In this document: in pieces, positions 47,201 through 59,200 of the stretch
Position numbering within the stretch: position 1 is the stretch's first letter
Layout of the letters: each line of letters begins with the position of its first letter
Source: Balanoglossus misakiensis
Lineage: Eukaryota > Animalia > Hemichordata
Assembly: GCA_040954595.2 (NCBI GenBank)
Contig: CM082578.2
Span: 12,772,520-12,836,519, forward strand
Direction of reading: 5' to 3'
DNA length: 64,000 bases
Program-made: the position numbers and the translations under genes
Notes under the pieces: generated by a model
What the model was told of the DNA's origin: nothing
The model's database searches: none
What the model saw: the letters and a program-made list of their open reading frames with translations, nothing else

Positions 47201-50200
47201 CCTTTTTATTGCGAGACTTCTTCTCTTCCACGCGTGCATAAATGCACATGTTCGCAACGACGGTCCTATTTCATTATTACAGTTTATACAGTGATTAAGT
47301 TGTTTGTCACCGTTTCTCGACCCTGCATAGAAACATTTCCTTGACGTATTTGGTGAACACACTGCACACCTGGTAATCTGAGGCGTTCATATTTATGGTT
47401 AATAATTCCATACGCGGGACATCGACGATGGTTTGTTTCCTAGTTGCAGTTTTTTTCATTTTCTACCACGATCACTCCTTTTTGGTCATCCACGCCCTTC
47501 GAATGGTGCAAAACATGTGAATACTCGCTGATCATTCCCCCTTAAAAAGTACAAATGTACCTCGTCTAGTTTAAGATGGCAGAAGTAATAAGAGTTATAG
47601 TAACCGATGATACGGCGTGTTTCAATGAACAGAAAATCTACTTAGATTGGTCATTTTTTTCTTTCAGTAAATGAGAGTGGAACATGCCATTACAGCTACA
47701 TGCGTTTATCGCCCAATTGAAACACACACTCATTAAGCCACAAGGGACGCCACATCTATCTATATCAAGTTATTAATAACCGTGAGAGTGATTTCCTCTC
47801 AGAATCTAAATTGCAGGGGACGAGGCCCAGTAAAAAGCGATCTTTTTTGTTCAGCTTCCAACAGTAATTATGTGTATTCACACCATCTTGGAAACGCAAC
47901 GTTAACGACCATTAAGAACATTCAATTGTTGATTACGTCGACGTGATGACGTCACAAATAATGTGACAAATTGAAATAATTGCGTGTGTTAGTCATTAAC
48001 TGCATCTTAAAATCAATTAATTCAGGAAATGTTATACATGGTACATAGATCGCGTTAGTTAAACTTATTTACTGCATGTGTCTGTACTCATCAAATCCGT
48101 CGAATCGTTGTTGTTTTTTTTCCCTTGAAATTTTAATGAGATCTCTGTCCGGCACATGTATTACGAATGTATCACAATCAAAAGCGAGATTACAGTTGTG
48201 GGCGACAACTGGTGACGTCGATAATTGCGTAACTGCAGAAAGTCAAGGACCTCTAAATGAACCAAATCTGGTGCGAGAATCTTCGTATTATAATTTCCAT
48301 GGTAATGTAGGGCCACAACGACAATGATGTCACCAGAACATTGTCGATAAAATTATCCACGTAACAATGCATTCTGCGTGGAGAATGTCAAGCGGCTGTG
48401 ACTTCAATTCAGTATATTTTCTTCGGCGGGCGCGCGTATATCAGCCACTGGTTAGAATTATAACCCATTTTCAAACGAACAAGGATGAAAGGTGTGAATA
48501 TAGCGGATGTAGGTTAGACGCCAAGTCTGGAATGCTGACTTCAAAAGCGACGAACCTCATCGCGTTTCGTAGACGAAATCAAACCTCTGACGCAAAGCTG
48601 ACGTCTCCGCCCCATGGGGGCAGTGAAATTACCGCAATATTTCTGTTAGAAAGAATGTCATCAATTTATTTCACAATGGGTATGTACTCCGGAGAGAAAT
48701 TGCAAACAAAAGTGTCACACTCGCAGGTAATTGATGACGTTGTATACCTTTATAACCGAGAACTTGCCCGCTCGCGTATAGCTTATGACAACATCGTGTG
48801 TTCAGAATATTCCTCGAGGGGTGAAGCATCTCTGTCTTTGAATTGTGTATGTCTGTATTCAGGTACTTTGCAACGTTCAATAATGCAACAATTGGGCATT
48901 GGTTGTCATTTCGACAGCATTTGTGTAATGGAAACCAGAGTTGAAAATATTAGAATCAAAATAATTCTAGCGATCGTACTTCTACGCTTCTTCAGTATTT
49001 ATCCAATCACGACAAACAGCATGACGTATTAATAAGAGCCACGGGAGGGACACAATAATTGCGCGACTCGCGAGGAGAAATTAGTGTTTTTTTCTTGCTC
49101 TCTGATACCCTGGGTGTCGACGCTTTAGTTATCGCGGGAAAGGTAATCAAAGCGACAAATTCGACGTGACTCACTTTGTTTGAACCAGAGACCGCCATTC
49201 AGACATCTTGAAGGACGTTCTACACTCAAATAGACTTTGTTAATATTCCAACGATAATCGGAATTGAAATTTGTATCAGAATTTGTTCTTTGTAGGGACG
49301 ATTTTTATTAAAGTTCGCTCTCTGTGTGATGTTCGGCTGCTGTCTTGAGAACTGACGCGAGGAATTTGCAAAAAAAAAAAAAAAAGCACCCATTTCCCAA
49401 GACACGCATCTCGCTGGTTTTATTGATATTTCAGTGATTACTTTAACGTACATGATATTGCACACACATAAAATTATTAAAATACCCCGATATGAAAGTG
49501 ACCAGCTCGCCTCGGAGTGAGATGCGTTACAAAAGGGTTTAATCACGAGGAATAAGACTAGTCTGGCTAGGAGGTAAAACTAATGGGGCCCTTTGGACTA
49601 ATAAAGTTTTAAAAGGCGATATCTCTGGCCCGATGGTACACGGAATTGTGAACTCTTGCCAGCTGTACCCATAAATCATTGAGTCAAACAGGCAACATTC
49701 TGTAAGAAAAAAAGGAGTAAAAGTTCTCTTACCAGCGAACGCAGGCGTTAAAAGTTAACAATTAAAAGTTCTGTCTTTGCAATTAGCATATTGAACTTCT
49801 CCAACTTTTTTCACTTCTTATGTTTTTCAGATAGTACATTACCCGCACTTTAAGTGCGGGTAATGTAATGTAATTTTTCATAAAACACAAAATCTGCAGA
49901 ATAGACAATATCACAGAATATCCAATTTTATAGAAATCGTGAGCTCCAAAATAAGGTACATGAAGTGATTAAAATTCAATAAAAATACAATATCCCACTT
50001 AATCAGCACGACCTTGGTTCTTTTTCGGTTATTTTTTAACAGTGGAAAGACATTATTATCCTGTAGATCAGACGCAGAATTAATCTGCTACAGACCATTT
50101 CGTATTACATCAATAGATAAATTGATTAAATTTCATATTTCGTCGAGCAGATTACCTATTCATAACGGATCAATGCAAAGCTTTTGTATTCTGCATCGAT

Positions 50201-53200
50201 TAAGGCCGGGCGTTTACCAGCATTTTGACACACAATCGGGTGAACTTAGCTGACATACTATCATCAACAATGCTGTAGACGCTGAGATTATCGGATTTAT
50301 ATTTCTTAATACGTGCAGGTAACGGCGTCAATGAGTTTGCGCGCACGATTACAAGCCCTATACGTTCGCCGTTACTGTACATTAGCCCGCGTCGGCGAAT
50401 GTCCATTTAAAATTCATCGCCAGACGTTCGCACGCTTTACAGCCGACGGGTTTGTCGGTGGTGAAAATCGATTAAACCGTGTTTGCTGAGCTCTCGCGAA
50501 AATTGCCGACAATTTGTTACGAGCCGATAGTGCTGGGCGCCAAAGATTGACCAAACAACAAAATGGCGGCGGTGTTCATGGTCATTATTCCGCTTAACTC
50601 ATAATCGTCACCAAATAAAAAACCGCCATTCAGGCCTGTGGTTCGTTCAGGCCACGGAAGAAAACCGGCCACCTAATAGTATAATGATGCGGGGTGCTTT
50701 TGCCTTAGAAACAGGACCGCCTCTGGCAAATCTCCGTACACGTGAGTGTGCATGTGCCTTCAGTGAATGGCAAGTCATTTGAACACTGGGTGATGCGCAG
50801 TCCATCTCTTCTTCTCATCACCAACGGTATTCTGAAACCGCTTTCATTAACACCGGGCCTCCCCCGATGCGTAATAATGCAACAAAAATTGCCGTAGGAA
50901 CAAGAGATTGGTAGTGAACCACTTTTGGTTTACAAAGAGTACTTGAAAAATAAGATTAATTTCGTTCCAACGACATTTTATTGACGCTTCAGTACTGTTG
51001 AAATTCCTGTGCAGTTCCTATGCTCACCAATCCATTTTTTTCACGTCTTGTGTTGGTTTGGCAACGGCAGATGTGATACTTCATTGGTTTAATGTAATTT
51101 AGTGAATATCTGAAATCGATATCAGCAGTGACGTAGTTTGATGACGTCCAGTGCCTTGGAACATTGCAGCATTAAAACATACAGCATGTTCATGCTGATC
51201 GACTCGCAATGCTTGATGTGTATACTCTAGAGGCTTTCTGTGTTTGCACGTTATTACCGGTACAGCGAGCGCGAGCAAAGAAAACCACGAAACAATTGCA
51301 GAGAGTGTTTCAAAATTTTGACATACCACGTTAATACCTCTTAATATTCCAAGACATTTGCGTAACCCTGAAATGAAATGTCACCGTTGAAGGCGTTCAG
51401 CTTACATCCCACCTCGTATGTCCGCCAGCAAACCCTTTAACACCAAGTTGACATTTGGAAACGCGTAAGCTTTATGTGGAGGTGATGGGAATGGTTCAAA
51501 AGGAAAGACTGGCAAGATAATCTAAGGAAATAGATAAATTCTAAAATAGATATAAAATGCCTTCTCTCAAACTTGACACAAATCTGTTCAATTTAAACAA
51601 ATCGGAGACCACCAAGTATTAGTTAATGTACCTTCAAGTCCCCTAAGGGAGCCGCCAGTAATTACAGGGGTGGGCCGAGGGAATTGGGTAGGGAGGGTCA
51701 CATTTTTACAGTACCCTGATTTCCCCCCGGCCCACCCCCCTGTAATTACTGAAGGCTCCCTAACCTCTTCCAGCTGTAAGCTTTGCTCGTGTTGTTCCCA
51801 CAGGCAATGCCTTCTCTGTCGGCCATCGCTGCGTAAGGGAGCAAGATAATAATGTGAAACACGATCCCGTTGATTAATCAATTCAAATTCGATATTATCT
51901 TCATTTATCAGTGCGTCACAATTTGCCGCATCCGACCCCATTAACTGATCCGGCCATTGTGGCCAATTACATTACATGTGATCTGTGAAATCTTTGACAA
52001 CACCCTCAAGCTATAGCTCTCCCACCCCACTCAGCTTGACTATATCATCTGATGAAATCATCATTTTCTAATTAGATATTTGGTGTCATACATTACGCCA
52101 TTAAAGTCGAATTCCGCGGATAATACACATGGCATTATTTCTCGTGCCAACGACCACTAAATTGAATTATATTTTTCGCGGACATAGTTTTCATAGTTTT
52201 GTCTTTTATTGTGAAACGTTCACTTGGCAACGTGATACTTTGTTGTAGAGTAAATTACCTCAAGGTCTCAAACTATAACGCTGTTTACAAAAAGTGAAAT
52301 TTCAGTGTGACTGCCTTTCTTTATAATCATCATCCTGTTTATAATAACATTAATATACCCGCATCGGATATTTATCATATTAGCCAGGACAGTTCCAAAA
52401 GACGGATCTATCCATGTTATCCATAAATCATGCGAGAGAAGAGGCACGTGGGGGTTATTGAGTATGAAATAAATTTCGATTGCGAATAGCATTGAGTGCG
52501 GATAAGTCAAACATCATTAGCATCATGTTGCAATAAATTGCCAAAACCCATTTCTTTAATACAAGACTCTGTCGCTGCCAGGTGTTTCAGTGAAATGTGA
52601 AACGAAATGACAGCGGGTAGATGGGCCACGCCTTTTCAGATTTTTGGGGCAAATTTTGCCACTGCCTCGGTTTAAACAAAAAAAATTGATGTATAGTCAA
52701 AAAGCAGAGAATCTTCGAGGATTTCGTCAGTAATCATTTCTGTGAAGTGACCTTGACACGGGAAGAATCGATCACTTTTGCTTCAGAGTCGTGCCTTCCG
52801 ATTAAACTCCAACTGACAGACAAAATAATTGCAGCACTGCATGGGTTGGATTAGTTCAAGAAAGCATCTTCATGTTGTAAGTTCTGTAATATTGTATGCA
52901 GAAAAACCAACACCCCCACACACGGTAACACCCACATACACATATACACGGTGACACACACGCATCCCTCCCCCAAACACACGCATGCAGTGCATTTTCA
53001 GTCTACGAACATATACTAGTATTGAAATTTTGAAATCAAACCATTCACAACAGAGCAACAACCTAAAGGGATTAAAAATATTGTATTTTCATTCGAAATT
53101 CTATTGGCAATAATCGATACTTTCCTTCGCGCCGCTATTAACGATAATACGACTCTACTGTTTTGCCAACTGCTATTTTTACAGTGGCATTCTGCCACTT

Positions 53201-56200
53201 AATTTCTCCGAGAATTTAATTTGAAATCGGAATTTAGTTAATTACGTCCAGTCATGCATGGATCGTATTAATAACAATCGTACTCAGCGGCAAATTGGGT
53301 TATTAGTGCACATTTTCTCTTTAAATATCCTGGCAAGTGTACATATTTGTCACGAAACTAATTTGAAATACCTTTCTTCCGGGCGCATACTTGATACAAT
53401 GAAGATGAATAATTTTAATATTTTGCAGAAAATATTTACTTATCTATGTTATCAGTATATGCTATCATATTATGATATATTGAAAAAACATGACAGATGT
53501 CTGGTCGTATAAAACGACAGCTTTGTAGCATGGGTGTATATGCAAGCGACGGGGGGAACCTTCAAGGCGGATGCATTTTCTCCGAATCGCTGCGTCGTGA
53601 ATTTTTTTAATCTCAAGGGCGTGCCCCCGCGTTGGGTAAAAAGAAAAACAACTTGAGTCAAGGGCACATGAAAAGCGCAGCGCAAGGCATTCTCGAGTCA
53701 TGGGCATGCTGGCAGTGAACTTGGGCACCACGTCAGCATGATTACTGCATACTGTCAATGTACTAGATAATGTCAACATGATAATGACCCTTAATATCAA
53801 AGGCACGTTGAGCACCAAGGCTCTCTGCGTCGGCACCACTTGAGCGCTCTATACGGGTAGGATAGAAAACAAGACTGCATCACGCATTTTCTTAGAAACT
53901 TATTTGTACAATCGAACTCTGCAACCCAGACATTTGCCCGGAATCGGTTTTCGTCTGAAAATGTCAGCAGAAATTAATCCGTTCCTCAATAAAGAGCTGT
54001 TCTGTGTATAATTCCTAACTGACATGAATAATGGACGGGAAAACGAATTTCTTACTGCAGGGATCACACGATATAATAAAATAATTAGTATGGGTAGGTG
54101 AACGCTATACCGCCGCAACCGCATAAGAGTCAATGGGCTCAATCTTGCCACGAACATCTTACCAGAAATGACCTACTTTCCGTTCACTCTCGGCGAACAG
54201 CGCAGATTTATAACCCCCACCGGTCAATAAAAGAACGGCTTTGTTTAATTTATGAACTGTATGGTGAAAATACTGTAAAAATCACGATGTGAATTTGTGT
54301 ATCGGCTGTGATGAATAAAGTGTGCCAAAATGATTGAACGATGGCCAATTCTGTAGTATGGCAGTTCATGTGTGCATATGGCTGCACAGCAAATATTTGA
54401 CTGCATATAGTAGCTGTTTTAAGGGCGTTTGCATCGCACCTGCGGAATGTGACGTTGGTCACGGTTAATCAGTTGATCTCCGTGTTGTTACAGTTTTCGT
54501 GGCATTTTTTTACGTTGAAGAGAGACAATTCGAATGTGTCAAACTGTTTTAATTTCACCGGCCGCTCTCGTGAATATTCTGCCTCGATAACAAGATAGCG
54601 TCACTCATTTCTAGAGTGATTGGATTGAATTTGACATCTGTCAATTATTTGTCGTCCACCTAACATGCGTGTTAACCCTTTAAGGCCAAATCTGGATGTC
54701 ATGTATACATGATTTCCATAGAGAAGATTATTCTGAACTACACTGTGGTGAAATAAGGTCGCGAAACATCTCATGGAAAACATTTATTATTCATATTAGA
54801 GACGGTTTACTCGGAAATCACGTGGCAAAGGTCACTGCTGCTTCTGTTACTAATGCGATGTGATGTAATACTTCATATTAATTATGATTATTATGTGACG
54901 CAAACGTTAAGGGGCACACTCACTTACTTAATTGACATCATGATGGTTATTTTAATTTCTTTTGATAGACTATTTATGTTGTTCTGCTCAGTGAAATTCA
55001 GAAATCCATCGCCAGTTTTGACAACTGAACTCCCATCCTTTATATGGACATAACGCAGGAATACTTTCCTTTTATAGCCCTTATCTTTGTATTAGAACTT
55101 AACGATCACACGCGCACTTTACACTTCTTCCCCTTAAGCCCGGTTGGCCAGGTGTTAACTACGCCGCGAAATGACGTGAAGTGATAATCAAGGCCGAACA
55201 AGGGATGATTGTCTATAAACGGCCAAGATGGCCTGCTTATTATTATGCAAAGTGATGAACTCGTCATTAACGACCATCTGGAGTCAGTTTGTTCACAGAC
55301 AGCCTTGTTATACAGTCTGGTGTGTGTTCTTGTCAACAGCAGTAGGATTAGCAGTCTCGAAATGGTGATTGCTGGCAGACGGGGGATGTTTATATTTCGG
55401 TGTAAATTAACGTAAACTTTTAAATTCTAACCACAACCACGGTTACTAGTAACCGTGTAACAACCATAGGACAGTATGGGGACTTGAATGCCATCTTGTG
55501 GCGCGAACTCGTACACTGTTGAAATCAACAAACCCCGAAAGAACAGAAATATTATGATATGAAATAACAGCTAACCACGAGAAATTAATTTACCTTTCAA
55601 ATAGCAACATATTAAACATGTATTTTCACAATTACACTAAAATGCCTACTTCCGGAGGAATGATATTTCAACTGGCTTAAAGGCCATCAAAATTACTGCA
55701 CTTATTGAGCAATTTACTTTAGATTCTATTAAATTTGGTGAATTTACAAACAGATGATAATTACGAAGTAACGACGGCCATTCCACATTATTGGGCGCAT
55801 GGACTTTCGCCAGAAGCAAAATGTCACCACGCCGGACATTCTGACTCAGCCACGCCCAAAGATCAACGCTACTAGGGAAGGGGCAAAGTTAAAATACATG
55901 CTAAGCAAACTATTTTATGGAATCAAATGAAAATCGTTTCTTTTTCTGTTGACTGCATGAATACAGTGTATATGTCGCCGAGGGGTTAAACGCAAAGCTA
56001 AAGGTTAACATCACGTTACATTTGTACATGTGTACTTTCGGGCGTCAGACACGCACTACTATACTTTAAAGACGACTTGAAGGAACATACTTGGCGAGAA
56101 CGTTCAAATATTTCCAGAGCAGATGGTACATTAGAAAGCTGCCAGGCTAAATGTATTTATCGAGATACGAGTGTGTATCTCTGATACCCAAATGTTGAAC

Positions 56201-59200
56201 ATATCTTATCAGAGGGTTGTGCCAAGTACGACGTTCGACTCGAAAACGAAAGTGTGTTGAAGAAATTCTGTACTATTGATTGCTTTCGTCTCGGAATCTA
56301 GATTATGATGTGTCTGTAGATTTAACGAAATGTCACGTCACGCGTTACAAGAGTTAAAACAATATTGTCTTTATATTTTCAATTATACGCGCGAACAAAT
56401 GCAAAGATGTCACGTTGTTTGAGATGTACATGTAGATGAAATTGGTGTTATTATCAGAAAATTACAAAATTTAACCGGACTAAAAAACACCTACAACCAG
56501 CCTTATTTGAAATTGCGCGTCTGCGTTGAATAACTCCAGTATCTCAACAGTCAGTCAGCGTCACGTACTCAAGTCTAGTCTCGGCAGACAGTGTATAAAG
56601 TGTATGCATTAACGAGAAATGGTTTTTCACATCGGATAGTATTCCCTGGAGACTGAGGTAAATTTCTCTTCGTTGATATTCCCGGCAAAAACCACTCGCA
56701 CGGCTTCTTGAGCGAAGCGGCCATATTGGAAATACTGTGAGTATAGTATTCTCCCCTTGCAGTAAATTCACGACCGCAACAGAGGTCATCCCTGTCTTCA
56801 TGATGAGCGCGGCTCTTCAGCTACTATCTGTATGCAAATTGAAGCTTCTAGCGAAATACCTCACCAGGAACCGTTTCTATCAATAACTGTCCCTCTTAAA
56901 CCTAACATGCGCAGAGGAGGCGTCGGCGACTTTGAAATGTCTGTGTTACAACAGACCGTCAGTCACAACCCTGTCCGTCGCCCCTTCTTACTCGCAAAAT
57001 CGTGTTTTATTGCACGAGCGAATTATTACTACTCTTCCATATTGTACTCTGTGTCCGACTTGTTGCCAAGGAAACTGGAATGATGAATAGGAGGAGTGAA
57101 AACATCAAAACCGAGAGAAAGAAAGGGTCGCTTCCGAATACTCCTCCTCAATCTTGATCTCACTCACAGAATTACTCATGCAGTAGTCGGAGATTATTAC
57201 AGGAACGTAGAACGGGACAATAAAAAGGCGCTTGGCAATCATCCAAATGAAGTCATGACAAATGAATCTTAAGCCGAGGCTGGCTATAAAATATGAAGAC
57301 GAGTCAGGCTTGTACAGTGCTGGGCGGGCACGTTGACATGCTTCTTATTCTGTTCATTTCCCTGTATAATTAGTTCCCCCCCCCCCCCCCCGCGTAAATG
57401 CGCATTGGATGCCGACTGGGAAGTCTGTCAAAAGGGAATGATAAACAGCACGAGTATGGCCGACCTCGTCAAGGTCTCCAAAGTATCTGACAACGTCTAC
57501 TCCGTCGAAGTTTCCATTCAAATCCGTCTCATAATTTGCCACGTGTCCACTTCATCTTTGGTTCATCTTGAGCAAAGAAATAACACACACAACATCAATT
57601 AACTATTCAGAAAGGTCAGACAGTTCCAGGGTGTATATAGACATTCAAGATTGTCTATGCCAAATTTGCTTTTGTAAATTGAAAATAAGTTATTCTGCGT
57701 CAGAGATTCACTTATCATTAATTCAGAAGCCTCGAAGGTGACAGGACTGGATTCTGTTATGGCGATGATATACAATGTAGTCTGCCATGGCGATGATACA
57801 GTTCCATATAAATTATGCAGACGTTGCAGTCACACAGTTTGTAGCCGCCAGTCTATTTTCCCCGTTTATTTCTTCCGACATCGACGGCGAACAAAGGCCA
57901 CAAGATTTCGTTATAATCTGTCATCCGTTTTAACTGTAGAGTTTGGCACTTCCTGACAAGCCCGCGGCTTTTTTTGGTGACTCGTGTACCTTTGTGTGTT
58001 TTTGTGACCTCACTTTCCACGTGTGATGGATTGATGGCCACCACACAAAATGTTAAGATAATCATTTTGAATTAACCGCACCAACGACAATGCTTATAGC
58101 TGTAGCATGTATTGAAGAAAGTCGAATTGTCAGGTGCCGACTTAATATTTTGTGTATGGAGTGGCGACAGCGTATTGACGATGCGATGACGTTGTTTCCG
58201 GAAACGGAATGATGTAACTGCCGCTTTCATGTATGTATATACAGGATGTACTACACTGGTCAGAAAATCAAAATTACCTCGTGAAAATCGGCGAAGCAGA
58301 TCAAAATAATATATGTTTACATTTCCGTATGATAGCCTACCACCTGGAGACCGTGAGAGAAAAGACGGACACTTTGGTGTCGTTTTACCAATACAGACTG
58401 TGGTCGGGTTGTTGTCGATATCATCATGATATATTTAAGCAATAAAACACCCCCAGCCATGGTATATCACGAGATTTTGACCAGTTCACGACATATACGC
58501 ACGAGCGATAGCGAGTGCGTATATGGAGTTGAACTGGTCAAAATCGAGTGGTATACCATGGCTGGGGGTGTTTTATTGCTATTATATTATGCCAGTATAT
58601 TGAAACTTTGCATAAAACATTTTAAAAAGGCATTTTCTTTAACTATGATATATGACTGTGGTATATGGCTAATATATCACGGTCACGTGTCGTGTCTCGA
58701 CCAATCAAATAGCGTGATTTACACCATCAATATACTGGTATAATATAATTGCCCACACAACAGTGCATTGTCACTGGCAGATTTGCATATAGGATGCGGG
58801 AACAACGCGGCAGACAGTAAAATACAGCAAGAACGTTGTGAATGGGGATAGTGAGTGTCATGTTACATTGCCCAGACAACCACATTATTATATCGACATT
58901 TTAATAATGGCAACATTCAAAAACGTAGTTTTGGTAATTGCTCGTGTGTGATTGATGGGTGACGGGAGTTTACATTATATTGCTGATATTGGAACCACCC
59001 GGATGCTTTTGTTTGACTATGGAAATCCACAATTCAGGTCAATGTCAAAGCCGCAGCACGCTTCAAATTGCATATGGCATTGGGACTCCAGCGTGACGCA
59101 CGTTATTTTATTCCGAAAGGGAAAAACTCGCCGTTTTCTGGAGAGAAAAAACATAGTTTGCAAGCTCTCATTATTGCCTGTGGGAACGAGCGAAGTGGTC

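Noticed and set aside
48367-49032. 221-aa + strand ORF in the large intron
   Set aside because: No recognisable motif, composition looks non-coding, and inclusion would split the zinc finger. BLASTP would settle it.
53465-53848. Hydrophobic minus-strand ORF with a plausible acceptor (nested membrane protein or GPCR?)
   Set aside because: No GPCR motifs, no clear donor, and no linkable neighbouring exons.
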